A DNA stretch of 64,000 nucleotides, taken from assembly GCA_964016885.1 (NCBI GenBank), contig OZ024740.1:93434001-93498000 (forward strand), read 5' to 3'. Source of the DNA: Eledone cirrhosa (Eukaryota). The notes below the pieces were generated by a model. That model saw nothing but the letters and a program-made list of their open reading frames with translations. It ran no database searches and was not told the origin of the DNA. This document shows positions 41,460 to 55,006 of this stretch, piece after piece; positions within the stretch are counted from its first letter, which is position 1; every line of letters starts with the position of its first letter. The translations under genes and the position numbers were made by a program.

Positions 41460-44440
41460 GGTAAATATCTTTAAGTCGTTTGGAAGCCACGACAATGCAA
41501 ATGGGTAAATCTCCGGGTAACAAGATCCGTTGGTGGAGAGAGAGATGTATGTGGGCGTACGTTGAGATGCGTGGTGTGTATAGGACGTGTAGAAGAAAGG
41601 AGTAATGAGTATAAAGGATAAAATAAAAATAACAACACGAGTGAGAGTTACCTTGGGAGAGATTTAATTGTCCCTATATATTTCGGATTCACATCCATCA
41701 ACTGGGTTTTTTTTCCGGGGTGGGGGAAAGGTTGTATGTCGGAAAGGTGCGAAACGCATCCTCCGCTGTTTGTTGTTTTGAATGTCTGAGGTATTCAGCA
41801 AAGCGTGCGTGCGGGTGAAATGGGTCGGTCGGGTAGAGGTCAGCGGCCGAATATGGGAGTGGGGTGGCGCAAGTTGTAAGTCCATTCTCTGCCTGTTTGT
41901 TAAATGTTACTGTGTGTGTGTCTGCGTGTGTTGTTGTCTCGCTTGAGTTGTGAGTGTGTGAGTTGTTGCCTTGTTCCTCTGTATCGGCAGTGTAGTATGT
42001 TCGTATGGTGGAATGCTACTGTGTGTGTGTGCTTGTGCGTGTGCGTGTGTAGTTGTCTCGTTTGCGTGTGTGTGTGCGTGTGTTGCTGCATCGTTTGTTA
42101 ACTTAAACCAGCCACCTCATTTCGCTTCTCTCGGATCGAATGTTTATTTGCGGTGCAAGGCGTTTGATAAAAAGCGCTTCCTTGATACGTAGCGTGCCGA
42201 CGTTTCTTTCAGTCGCTAGAATTGTGAAAATGGGCCATCGATCGTTGTTTCCGCATTTGTCTATGTATTTCCGGAAAGCCGAGGCCCTGGTTTTAGTGTG
42301 TGCCTTGATCCGGATGTGCAAAGGTCGAATGTGCTACCTATATAGTATTGGTTGCACCTGTCACATTCTATCTTATACACGACGTATGTGCGTAGGCAAC
42401 AGTTCGCATGGCGTATCGGGCAGTCTCTGAGGGAACATGCGTCAGTAGATTTCCCTGGTTTCCTGGAGAGGCATCTTCGCAGGGAGGGGCCCGAGTGGGC
42501 CAGGTGGATGTCGAGGCCCTCCCTCTGTATAGCTTGAGGATAGCATTGGTGGTATTCTCGCCCAGGTGTTGCATTTTAAGGAAGCACTTGCCTTGGGTGC
42601 CTCTCTGTCTCTTGTGTCTGGTGTCTCCTACTCTGTCTGTGAGCGAGGTAGGGTACCCCTACGTCTGCAGCACCTCGAGGAATCGCTTGGTATGAGTGAT
42701 ACCACTCGCGGGATCGCTGCATCTGTTTTTGATTCGCGCGATCTCGTTCGTGATGTATCCTCTTTTGGCACTGTTAGGGAGGGCGGACTTGTAGTGAACG
42801 AACAGGTCCCTGCAGGCTGCCTTTCGCTAGAAGTTGCAGTGGATCCTTCCCTATTCCGTGATGTTGATTCGGAAATCGAGGAGGGCAAGTGACCCGTCTT
42901 CGTTGGGGTGTTCAACACTGAAGTCAATGTTCTCGTCCGTGTTGTTGAACGTTTCATAGATTCTGTTCGCCGTGTCTTGGGAAGATGTGAGGATGAGGAT
43001 ATCGTCCACGTACCTTGAGAAAAAGGCGACGGCGTTGAGGTGGCAGACGTTGAGTGCCTTGCGCTCGAGGTTGTCCTTGTAAGAGATCGCTAGCACACCC
43101 GACAGGCTTGATCCCATGGGTAATCCCGAGGTTTGTTGGTATGTTTGGTCAAGGAATCCGAAGTAGGTGTTGTCGACGACGATGGATAGAAGTTGTTGGA
43201 TGTCAGTGGGGGTGAGCCAGAAGCAGTGTAGGTCGGTGGATTGGACGCGTTCCATCAGCATATTGACGGCCGGGAGTGCCGGGACCGAGGTGTAGAGAGC
43301 GACTACCTCAAGGCTGAAAGCATATCTGTTATTCCTTCTGGTGTCGGGATCCATTTGATGCAGGCTCTTCAACACCTCCTCGGAGCTGTTAACGTGTCCT
43401 GGCAAGGTGTCTAATATGGGTTTAAGATTTCTGACTAGGAGCCATGAAATTTTGTAGAGTGGTCCCTCCACGCTCGATACAATGGGCCTGATCTTCAGGT
43501 CGGGTCCCTATTTATGTGTTTTCACGAGGTGGTAGAAGGCTGGTAGTCTGCTGTTCCTTGTGAGGAGGTTGTATCTCAGCTTCTTCGGGAGCTTCCGCCG
43601 GTCGCAGATGTTGGTCCAGGCGACGTTGGTGTGCTCTTCTATCTGCGCAGGAGTGATTCCCGTGACCTTGGAGTAGAGGTTGTCATCGTCACGGTGTTGG
43701 AGGGCCAGGATGTTGTAGGCCTCTCTGCTGATGATGCAGAATTCCTTTCCCTTGTCGGAGGGGAGATAGATGAGATTCTTCGATTTTAGGTTGGAGAGAG
43801 TGGTGAGTTGAGATTTGGTGAGGTTATGTGTTGTGCGTGTGTGTGTGTGTTTGTGAAGTATATCGGAGATGGAGTGTTTTAGCTTGATGGGTTTAGTGAC
43901 GAGTTCGTGGTTGGTGGGTGGGAGGTGGAGTGGGTTGTCGGGGTGGTAAGTGGGAAACTTGGGGTGGGTTGCGTGGGCGCTGTTGATGGCGGTCACCGAT
44001 TTAAGTTGGTAAGCGGCTCACCAAAAATTGGCTTCGATGTTGAGTTTGAGTCTGTCGTCGAGATGTTGTGAGACGATGAACTTGGGTCTGAGGTGTAGGA
44101 GTTTCAGCTCGTCGCTCGTAGAGAGTTCCGGATAGGTCGATGACCAGATGCGTCGCATCGTTGAGGTGTGGCTCGGTGTTGGTGGATGCGGCGGTGGCGG
44201 TTGTTAAGTTGTTGTTTTCAATGTGGTTTTGGTCCGTCTATTCGTTAGTGTCGATGTTCTCGTTGTTTTCGTTTGAGCCGATTATTCTCGTATTGGACTC
44301 AGGAGTGGAAGCACTGGTCAATTGCTTTAGTGATTTTCAAGAGCAAGTCCCCGGGTGCTATTGACAGTCGATGTGTCCGCTCTGAGAGTGTCTGCTAATG
44401 GACGTGTAATTGGCGGTTGAGATGTCTCAGGATCTGTTTA
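41460..44440 (-). mobile_element. Penelope-like element, near full length but disrupted
   Basis: PSDKGKEF, FYHLVKTHK, RPIVS, VVALYTSVP, QTSGLPMGSSLS, RYVDDI, LALLD, then C-terminal GIY-YIG (YIG..HIRIKAH..LRIKEALFIKRLAPQIN). Confidence 0.92.
42103..43996 (-). pseudogene. PLE RT plus GIY-YIG ORF broken into pieces
   Basis: ORFs 43508-43996, 42851-43471 and 42103-42321 are consecutive domains. Confidence 0.88.
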
Positions 44441-44573
44441 ATACACGTGCGATGTATGCGGTATATATATATATATATTTATTAAAATAACAGATTAAAA
44501 TTTAAGCAAAGAATCGATGCTTTCGCCCTTAACGGGATTTTCTTTGGATTTTAGTCTTCAAATTTATTATTAT

Positions 44574-44676
<103 letters not shown>

Positions 44677-44683
44677 TTTATAA

Positions 44684-44764
<81 letters not shown>

Positions 44765-44771
<7 letters not shown>

Positions 44772-45602
44772 ATACTTTGGGAGGGTCATGTTGCCAATAA
44801 GAAACACACGCACCAGATGCTTTCACTTCAATTTATTATATATTTATAAATTTATAAATTTACAAATTTACAAACTTATAAATTTCTGGTTGGTTGGTTG
44901 GTTCCACAACCAGATAGTTTATATATAGTCATAGTCCTTTCGTCACACACTCTGTGACCTCTTCAGTGACTGGGGATTCCTTTCTTTGTTTCTGTGCCTT
45001 TCCTTTCTTCTATCCTACGCCATTTTGTTTCTGTGTGTGTGTTGTGTGCTCAGTTTGCGCATGCGCCACATCCGGGTGTCTGTGTGTGTTTGTGTTCATT
45101 TATCTATTTGTTTATTTATTTATTTATTTATCGTTGGTTGGTTGTTTGTTCTATGTGTGTGTGTGTTTTCATTTTGTCCTGTGTGTGTTTTCATTTTGTC
45201 CTTAATTGTAAGTTGTGATGTTGCTGTTCCACTCATATTTTCTATTTAATTTTGGTTTTAATTCTTTTATGCTTACTGCCTCTGTGATTTGCCTAAACAT
45301 TGCGTCTTTTCTGTGTGTGGATTCTATTTTTATTTCTATGTTCTCTACTCTACCCCTGTGTTCTATCTTAGCATGTTGGTAGAGCACAGATGATTCTTTA
45401 TTATCTTGGAGGTCTCGCCAGTGTTCATTTATTCGTTCCCCTATACTACGAGCTGTCTCACCTATGTACACTATATTTTTGTTTCTACATTGTCCTTCAG
45501 TACATCTTATGCTATACACTACATTTCTAGTTTTACAGTTAATATGGGGGCTTATTTTACAGGTTATACATTTCTTATCTATACTCCCAAAGTATAACAA
45601 TA
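44765..45602 (-). mobile_element. 5'-truncated PLE: GIY-YIG, 3' pseudo-LTR and short inverted terminus
   Basis: CKTRNVVYSIRC..YIGETARS..EH..H..H..EAVSI..LNRKYEW; ctcccaaagtataacaa occurs inverted at both ends. Confidence 0.88.
44927..44971 (-). ncRNA. Minimal type I HHR in PLE pseudo-LTR
   Basis: AGUCA CUGAAGA G GUCAC-AGAGUGU-GUGAC GAAA GGAC UA UGACU. Confidence 0.72.
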
Positions 45603-45963
45603 TCGGTTTCAACACACGATTTCAGATAAAGAATCTTGCTAAACAAATTCAGAAACGAAATATATATATATATATATATCAGAAATCATGTCCTTAGGAT
45701 TATTAGATAAAATATATACCATTTCCTCTCCCAATTAGCATAGTTAACCATATAAAAAGTCAATTAGACCAAGCTATAAAAATAAAGGCTCTTATGAAGA
45801 AATTTCCGACAAATAACCGAAAGCGGCCTCTTCGCGGTGGTCCCGATCGAGTATTTATCCAACATTTCAATAGCATGTAGAAACTGACTAAATATACCGT
45901 CAACCATACACAATTAAGTGTAAATTCAAACTTAGAAGAAATGTGTACATACCGTAATTATAT

Positions 45964-46037
45964 CTCTACCATGGTTTCGTCGTTATTTTTAGACATCCAA
46001 TAACAGGATATATCCAGAGTATCGGACTCATCAGGAG
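45964..46037 (-). ncRNA. Type I HHR, canonical core, large stem II insert
   Basis: CUC CUGAUGA GUC..~43 nt..GAC GAAA CCAUGG UA GAG; palindromic stem III ACCAUGGU. Confidence 0.68.
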
Positions 46038-46789
46038 TGAACTTAAAGTGATCGCGCCAAAAATAGATAAAAAAATGGCTAAGAATCGTGACGTGGCAGT
46101 GCTCAAGTTAGAAAGAATGTGATTAGTTGCTTACGGCGGCTAGGCTTGTTGCTAGAAAGCGCAGGCCAATATCGCCCAATTGTATCTCAACCTAACGGGA
46201 GATTATTAAATATAAAGATTTACATATATAAAGGAAAGGGATGTTTCTCTTTGTTGAATATAAGTCACCAATTTGGTTGAAGATGTAAATTCCAATTTAG
46301 CGGAGAAGTATATTTCAGAAGTTGTAATGTTGCCACAAGGAACCAGATTTGGTAGAAATATATATTAGGAATATCGACAACGACTTTTAGCTTGGTTTTA
46401 CATTATTTATTAACAGAGGTTGAGCTGGCATGCCAAGAGAAATTAAACAAACGAACTATGATTCCAGAAAGACACGGGCTACAGGCTGAGAGAAGCGTTG
46501 CCAGACCGTGGTTAAATTGTTGAGTTACATATTGGCTAGTGATTTCACGGCGCAAGAAAAATCGTTGTTTACCTTAGTATGGTCGAAGCTGCGAGTCATA
46601 GCGTCCTCAAATCTTTGAGCACGGTCAAGCCTTGAAGTCATCTAGCCTGGAAGTGGTGGCGTCCTCAAATTTGTGCGGGCTATTTCTCCCTCAGAACGCG
46701 TAGGGATACATCCTATTCTACTGGCGCTGATTGGCTGAGCTGAGCCAAATCACACACAGAGAATGTATGTGAGCCCGCGGAATGTAGGT

Positions 46790-47160
46790 CACTACATATA
46801 CATAACGTCATAGATATATATGTTTTGCAACCGGTCACGTTGTGGCTAAATGAAGAAGTAATAAATTAAATAATCAGAGCAATATATCATAAATCATGTC
46901 TTAGAATTATTAGATAAAATATATACCATTTCCTCTCCCAATTAGCATAATTAACCATATAAAAAATCAATTAGACGAAGCTATAAGAATAAAGGCTCCT
47001 ATGAAGGAATTTCCGAGAGGAACTGGTATATATTTTATCTAATAATTCTAAGGACATGATTTCTGATATATTCCTCTGATTATTTAATTTATTAATTCTT
47101 CATTGAGCCACAACGTGACCGATTGCAAAACAGATATATCTCTGACTTTATGTACATGTA
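46790..47160. repeat. Fold-back (46790-46935 vs 47016-47160); 46883-47016 is also a direct repeat of 45675-45808
   Basis: Arms are visibly reverse-complementary; tandem plus inverted layout. Confidence 0.8.
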
Positions 47161-47163
47161 AAT

Positions 47164-47210
<47 letters not shown>

Positions 47211-47217
<7 letters not shown>

Positions 47218-48501
47218 AACAAGGGGAGAAGAATACTGCATGGTTGCACATGGATTACATATTATAAAATTTATCCCCCATCAGTGATTTGCCAACCATC
47301 ATTGGTATTTCATCGCATTAAATATCAGATACCTCAGGTTGGTGCGAGCAATAACTAAAATAAGCTATTGGAATAAGTGAAACGCGTAAAGCGAGTGAGA
47401 CAAGTAAACAACAGAAGGAAAAGCAAACCGAAGGTTGGAAAAACAGCAAGCAACATGATAGTTATCCGATCAGCATATCTGGGTGAATTTCATGAGCGGT
47501 AAGAGAAGCAGACCGTACGCCGTGAATGCGGTGTGAGAAAGAAGGAACCCCACTACTAGCGAACGGGAGGAAGTGAGAAGGGGAGAAACAGAGAGTGAGT
47601 GACTGGAAGTGCGAGGAAGAGGTCAGTCGAGAGAAAGTATAACTGACAGAGGGGGTGAAAGAAGGTAAGAGAAAAAGAGAGAACGGGGGAGCAGTAAGAG
47701 AGAAAGAGAGAAACAGATAATCGCAGTTTAGGTAAATATATATGAAAAACAAGGGGAGAAGAATACTGCATGGTTGCACATGGATTACATATTATAAAAT
47801 TAGTCCCTCATCAGTGATTTGCCAACTATCATTGGTATTTCATCGCATTCAAAATCAGATACCTCAGGTTGGTGCGAGCAATAACTAAAATAAGCTATCG
47901 GGACGAGTTAAACGCGTAAAGCGAGTGAGACATGTAAACAACAGTAGGAAAAGCAAACCGAAGGTTGGAAAAACAGCAAGCAACATGAGAGTTATCCGAT
48001 CAGCATAATCTGGGTGAATTTCATGAGCGGTCAGAGAAGCAGACCGTACGCCGTGAATGCGGTGTGAGAAAAAAGGAACCCCACTACTAGCGAACGGGAG
48101 GAAGTGAGAAGGGGAGAAACAGAGAGTAAGTGAGTAGAAGTGCGAGGAAGAGGTCAGTCGAGAGAAAGTGTAACTGACAGAGGGGGCGAAAGAAGTGTAG
48201 AGAAACAGAGAGAACGGGGAGCAGTAAGAGAGAAAGAGAGAAACAGATAATCGCAGTTTAGTTAAATATATATGAACAACAAGGGGAGAAGAATACTGCA
48301 TGGTTGCACATGGATTACATATTATAAAGTTAGTCCCTCATCAGTGATTTGCCAACCATCATTGGTATTTCATCGCATTAAAAATCAGATACCTCAGGTT
48401 GGTGCGAGCAATAACTAAAATAAGCTATTGGGATAAGTGAAACGCGTAAAGCGAGTGAGACAAGAAAACAACAGAAGGAAAAGCAAACCGAAGGTTGGAA
48501 A
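47211..48501. repeat. Tandem repeat, 530-bp unit x ~2.4, purine-rich on plus strand
   Basis: aaggggagaagaatactgc at 47221, 47751, 48281. Confidence 0.95.
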
Positions 48502-48686
48502 ATATAGTTTTATTTGGGGAGGGTCATATTGTTGTAATAATATTGCGATAAATAATAACAGAACACATTCACTGCTTGGTAGGTGTTCGCTTCTGTATCT
48601 TTTAACTCTCAACAGTTAATTCATTTGGTCCTCAATGTTTATCATTGACTGACCAACGGTCAAAAATACAGTTATAAATGCATATA
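48502..48686 (-). mobile_element. Distal part of PLE pseudo-LTR
   Basis: Reverse complement of 54760-54935. Confidence 0.7.
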
Positions 48687-49847
48687 AATTACAGAATAAT
48701 CAAAACTATGTTCAAAATATTTGATTGCTGACAATCGTTTCTTCGAAACATTCTTTTTGGCTCCATCGGAGCATTAGCAACTTTTAGACATATAATTAAC
48801 CTCCTATTGCACAGCACAATGATAACGGTGTCATATTTAAAAGGTGAAGGTGATGTGGTCAGTATCAATGGATGTAGCAAAGATTATAAAAGAATTGTAG
48901 CTAGAAGACGCCACCTGGTGTCTGGCTTTAAATACAGAATATTAACTGCCCTTAGTTCTGACGTCCCGTTCTGACGTCATTTGCCAAAGGCTGTCTCTTC
49001 TGACATTGACGTTCATGCTAACAGGACGCGTTTGTTTGCCTGTCGCATCAATAATGCTCCATGCGGTCACCTATACATTTCAACGCATTCCCTTGTGATA
49101 ATATCTGACACGAGGTCAAGGAGTAACATATGTATTAACCTGTCTCGTTTGGAAGAGCCGAATGCTACTCGTTACAATGCTTTTGTCCATTCTTTATTTC
49201 AGTGATAAAAATGCCTATATATATATAACTCAACAAGGTATGTCTTTAATGAACTGTTTATCGTGCATACACCTTACAAATAACCGATGTATCAACATAT
49301 ACAAAGACATATTGTAAATACCTGGAGTCATTAAACTATTCATTTAGTATGAATCCATTTTTTTGTACTCAATGTTTCCTTGTTAAATTCTTCCAAATAC
49401 AAAGAATAGAGAGATGTTCGTTTAACCAAAGTAAGGAAGTGAACGCCCCTTCTAAATAATAATGCAAAAATTATAGAGGAAATAAAGAAGAATGTTACTC
49501 GCAAAATGAGGATATTAGCGGTACATAGGCAAACATATATAAAACGTGCAGGAGTATTAGGCATGTACAGAGTAACAAGGTGAAAAGTCAGGCAATGTTA
49601 CTAAGCATATATATCACAGTATGACAAAGGTATCACATAATACAATACAGGTGTAAAAGCTTATGAAGCAGACAGAGATGCGTGGGTATGAAAAGCAGTT
49701 TATATGATAGTTTATGGTGGATAAATATATATATAACCTTGATCACATTGACCGACCAGTCTGTCGGGCGCCAATCGGCGCCGCTGGTCGCAACACGTCG
49801 TTGTGTTTTAGCTATAACTAACGCCATCGCACTGGCTGGGCGGGCAG

Positions 49848-49918
<71 letters not shown>

Positions 49919-49926
<8 letters not shown>

Positions 49927-50752
49927 CGTAAAATAAGAAAATTATAAAATTAACTTACTTACTAAAATTTCACTCCAACTAATTAGTTTCTGAAAGGGAA
50001 TAAACATACTTTACGAAGAAGTGTACAGAGAAGCCTTTCGTCATCTTGGAAGTCTATTCTCAGCTAAGTTTCCAGGCAATACATGGATACAGGGAACTTA
50101 TACAAAAATAATTCAGTGGATGGAAATAAGCAAAGCGTGGACTAAATTCCAAGCCATTGAGAAAATCACTGCCTACTGCGTCGGTGGCAAATTCAAAAGA
50201 ATCCATCACGTGACATCGAGGTCAATCAGTGGAGAGCGGTTTGTTAAGAAGACAGCAGCCGGACTGTTACTACAGTAGCAGTTTTGGCCAATTTTGCTCG
50301 ACAAATAATTTGAAGATAATTATAAAGAATTAATATATCTAGTAACATATATATACACAGATGCATACTTATGCTAGCAAATATATAGGTTTTGTCTTAG
50401 TAACTTTGTGGTTCAATGCATGGGAATGCAGAACAATACTATGAGAGACGTAAAATAAGAAAATTATAAAATTAACTTACTTACTAAAATTTCACACCAA
50501 CTAATTAGTTTCTGAAAGAGAATAAACATACTTTCCGAAGAAGTGTACGGAGAAGCCTTTCGTCATCAGGTAACTCTATTCTCAGCTAAGTTTCCAGGCA
50601 ATACGTGGACACAGGAAACTTATACAAAAATAATTCAGTGGATGGAAAAAAAGCAAAGCGTGGACTAAATTCCAAGCCATTGAGAAAATCACTGCCGACT
50701 GCGTCGGTGGCAAATTCAAAAGAATCAATCACGTGACATCGAGGTCAATCAG
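49919..50752. repeat. Partial tandem repeat, 522-bp period
   Basis: atgagagacgtaaaataag at 49919 and 50441; ~310 bp duplicated. Confidence 0.92.
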
Positions 50753-50754
50753 TA

Positions 50755-53420
50755 TGTATATAGTCTAACAAAGTTCTTTCGATGCACATCTGCAACGTTA
50801 TCAGTGGTACTATTATGTTCCTCCCGTTGTATTGTATGCCTACGCCATTTTTATTTTATCTATTTATTTATTTATTTATTTATTTTGTCTTCTTCTCTGC
50901 GCATGCGTTTGTGTGTGTGTATATTGTTTGGTGTGGGTGTTAGTGTTTGGGTGACTGTGTTTTGGTTATTGTATTCTATCTTAGTTTTCTAGTTTGTGTT
51001 TATATATGTGTGTTGTTATTGTGCTTGTGTATATATTTATTTATTTATTTATTTATATATCTCTTAAGTCGGTATTGTTTATTTGGGTGTTGTTGTTATT
51101 CCATTCATTTTTTTCTGTTTAGCCTTGGCTTTCTAAGCTCTATTTCGCTTGCTTCTCTGAATTTCCTACCTGCTGGGTCATTTCTATGTTTAGATTTTAT
51201 TTTAATTTCTATGTTGTCTATGTTACCGTCATGTCTTTGTCTGGCGTGTTCGTATAGCACTGGACCGTGTTTTCGTCCTTTTTATTCCCCCCAATGTTGG
51301 TATATCCTTTCTCCTATGCTTCGAGCTGTCTCGCCTATGTATGTTGTTGTCATGTTTCTGCAAGTACCTTCTGTACATCTTATGCTATAGACTACATTTC
51401 TAGTTTTACAGTTTATATGGGGGTTTACTTTATATATAACACATTTCCTATTGGTACAGTGGCTTTTCTGCAAAGGGTATGTTTTGCTGATCAGGTATTT
51501 TATGGTGCTTCCTGGATATTCTACCACTTTAATCTTTAAGTGGGTCTTTCTCAAGGCCTTTCTACATTGGTTAGCTAATTTCCATCCAGGGGTACCGTCT
51601 GGTATCTCGTGTTGTCGTACAATGAGGTGTCTTTCCCTATCGTATGTTTAGTCCTATCTAAGCTATTCCATGATTTGCTCCTGTATAATCGGCAAATTCC
51701 TTTCATGTCCAGTTCTATAAGGATCTGATACTTCTCCGTGGCTCCTTTGTATACTCTGATTTTGTGTATTTCGTTGTGACCAGAGAACTGCATGCGGTTG
51801 ATGAAGTATTGGATGTGTCTTTCCATTTGTGTTGGGTCGCACATGCGGGACACGTTCTTCATCACTCGTACCAAGTCTGCAATCAGAATATTAAAGTTAG
51901 CACTGCTGGACATTGCTGAGTTTTTGAGTATCAGGTATTTGTAGGACATAGGTTTAGCGTAGTGTGAGTGGAGAATTTGGACCCTCTCGTCTATAGTGTT
52001 AATCCAGAATTCCGTGTCTAATACAGATAGTCTATTGTTAGGGCGTTTGGTAGGGTAGTCTATAGATACAGTTATACACTGGTGTATGGAGTTAGCTATC
52101 TGCTGGATGTGTTCCATTGTGCTACATTCTAAATCATATTTGTTATTACTCTCTTTTGAGGGTGTCCTTATTACTATATTAATATCTTCTACATAACGAG
52201 AGTACATGATGAGGTATATGGAGCCCTCATCAAGGAGAGCTTTGAGTCTATGTTCCCACCATACCATAAAACGGTTGGTACTTCACCAGATATGGCTGCT
52301 CCCTCATTTTGGGTGTAGATCTTTTCGTTGAACTTGAATATATGGACCTTTAGGGAAGTTTCAATCATAGCCCCTATTGCAAGCGCGACTATTTTTTACT
52401 ACCTGATCATTGTTTTTGGTGGTCCGTATGGCTTTGGTCCACCCGACCCAACTTCCCATTATAGTCTATTTTTGTAATTGAGGCTACGGTGGGTGTCTAC
52501 CTACTGTGGTAGACACGGCTAAGGTCATGCCTGTCTACTCGGTGTCATAGATATGTCTAAGCAGGAGGCCCAGTTCTTCAATGTCGACGTCGCAGAACTC
52601 CACCCCACTCTCACTGACCATCTCCACACTTTTTTCCATAGCAATTTCAATGTTAAGCGATGGGTATAATGATACCACGTCCGTACTGCCTATTATGCAG
52701 TTAGATAGTTTTTTTGTTTTTGTTGCACTCATTGATTCTGCTGAAGAGGTCCTCTGTACTGTCATATACATCTGGGGACATCTTCATTATGGGGCGTATA
52801 ACCATTGAGAGGTAGTATGTGATACTGTAGTTGCTAGCAATATTGGCTCCGCATAGAGCTCCTGTTGTCGGGTCGTCGACTGTCTCATGGTCTTTGCGGA
52901 GCCCATACAAGGGTGTTATGTCATTGCTAGACGCCTGGAGAATGTTGGCAGTGCGTCCGCTTGGCTTTAGGATGTCGGTCCACATCATCATGTGAGCGTT
53001 GAGGATCTTCTCTCTCCCCTCATGTATTTGCTGTGTAATTCCTCTCGTGTTGGTGATGTGGGCTTGCATAACCTTGATATAGCTCGGCATGCTGCCTATT
53101 GACATCCTACCAGACTTATCTGTGGGTATACATAATACCACACCTTCCATTGTGCGCTGCTTGAAGGTAACTAAGCCTTCTACAGGTTTCCTTCCAACTG
53201 GTTGTATCTCTGGTCTGCTTTGTCTCTTAGTATATCGGTCTACTATTTGTCTAATCTTATTTCTATCTATGGTGAACTGTGCCTTTGCCTTTTCATCTAT
53301 TTGTTGTGGTATACAAAACCTTTTTATTAAAGAGTAACCTCGTAGGATAAATTTTATTCATCTTATACGTTTGATCAACTGGGTTGAAGATTATTTTCTC
53401 GAAGGGGTTGTCATTATCTC
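50755..53420 (-). mobile_element. Penelope-like element (second clade), disrupted RT plus GIY-YIG
   Basis: PTDKSGR, LYGLRKDH, STDVVSLYPSL, MVWW..YSRYVEDI, LSVLD, HYAKPM, CKTRNVVYSIRC..YIGETARS; decayed HHR at ~50760-50812. Confidence 0.9.
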
Positions 53421-53914
53421 TATCGTCATAGTTGTGTGTCTTGCTATTATTGTTATTATGGTTGTTGCTCTTGTTCCTACCATTAACATTATTATTATTG
53501 TTTGATTGTTAGATGTATGGTTGTTATGATTGTTAGATGTATTCGTGTTGATTTCTCTATTGTTAGTTTTGTTGTTACTGTCATTTCTACCATTGGGGTT
53601 GTTACTTTTAGTATTAGGTTTCTTGTTTTATTTTTGTTATTTTTGTTGTTTTTTATGTGTCTATCATTAATGTTGCTACTCTATTATTTCCATTATTACT
53701 ACTGTGGTTGTTGTTGTGTGTATCATTAATTTTGCTACTCGTATTATTTCCATTATTGACACTGTGATTGTTGTTGTGGTTGTTGTGTCTGTCGTTAATG
53801 TTTCCATTATTATTATTGCGGTTGTTGTTGTTGTTGTTGTTGTTCTGTCTATCATTAATATTGCTACCATTATTATTATTACTATTTCTCACTCTCCTGC
53901 TATTGTTCGTGGAC

Positions 53915-54940
53915 GCTACCCGTGGATGGAAATTCGCTAACCAATGTAGAAAGGCCCTCAGAAAGACCCACTTAAAGATTAAAGTGGTAGACAATCCAGG
54001 AACTACCATAAAATCGATGATCAGCAAAACATACCCTTTTACGAAAACCCACTGTACTAATAGGAAACGTGTTATATGTAAAGTAAACCCCCAGATAAAC
54101 TGTAAAACTAGAAATGTAGTCTGTTAGCATAACATGTACAGAAGGTACTTGCAGAAACATGACAACAGCATACATAGGCGAGATAACTCGAAGCATAGCA
54201 GAAAGGATAGACCAATACTGTGAGGGGGAATTAAAAGGACGAAAAAACGATAAAGTACTCTACGAACATACAAGACAACATGACACTAACATAGACAACA
54301 TAGAAATTAAAATAAGATGTAAACATAGAAATGACCCAGCAGGTAGGCAAATCAGAGAGGCAAGCGAAATAGAGCTTAGAAAGCCAAAGTTAAATAGAAA
54401 AAATGAATGGAATAACAACACCCAAACAAACAATACTGACTTAAGAGAAATATAAATGAATAATTGAATAAATAAATATATTCACAAGCACAATAACATC
54501 AAACACATATAAACACACACTAGTAAACAGTACATTAAGATATAATACAATAACCAAAACACAGTCACCAAACGCGAACACACACACCAAACACTATACT
54601 CACACGCAAACGCATGCACAGAGAAGAAGATAAAATAAATAAAAATAAATAAACTATCAATTAAAAATGGCATAGACATACAATACAACAATAGGAACAT
54701 AATAGTACCACTGATGATGTTGCAAATGTGCAGCGAAAGAACTTTGTTTCACTATATATATGTATTTATATCTGCGTTTTTGACCGTTTGTCAATCACTG
54801 ATAAACATTGAGGACAAAATGAATTAACTGTGTAGTTATAAAAAGATACATTAGAGAAAACCAAACAAACAGTGAGTGTGTTCTGTTAGTATTTCCGGCA
54901 ATATTATTACAACAATATGCCCCTCCCCAAGCATAACAAG
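53915..54940 (+). mobile_element. Inverted 3' PLE copy (GIY-YIG plus pseudo-LTR) forming the head-to-head partner of 50755-53420
   Basis: 53915-54755 is the reverse complement of ~50760-51595. Confidence 0.9.
54702..54755 (+). ncRNA. Type I HHR in PLE pseudo-LTR, partly decayed
   Basis: AUAGUACCA CUGAUGA U GUUGCA-AAUG-UGCAGC GAAA GAAC UU UGUUUCACUAU. Confidence 0.6.
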
Positions 54941-55006
54941 ATTTGATTAGACACACGATTTCATATAAAAAACCCTGTAGAATAATATATATATAATTAT
55001 ATATCT

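Noticed and set aside
47760-47822. Minus-strand CUGAUGA GGGA..UCC in the 530-bp repeat
   Set aside because: No GAAA at the right position (GCAACCAUG at best); only a half or decayed core
49748-49805. GC-rich branched hairpin gaccag..ggcgcc aatc ggcgcc..ctggtc gcaacacgtc
   Set aside because: Single copy with no intact catalytic core; cannot be assigned
50525-50580. Minus-strand CUGAUGA CGAA..UUCG GAAA in the 522-bp repeat
   Set aside because: Stems I and III are not convincing and the core is mutated in the other copy
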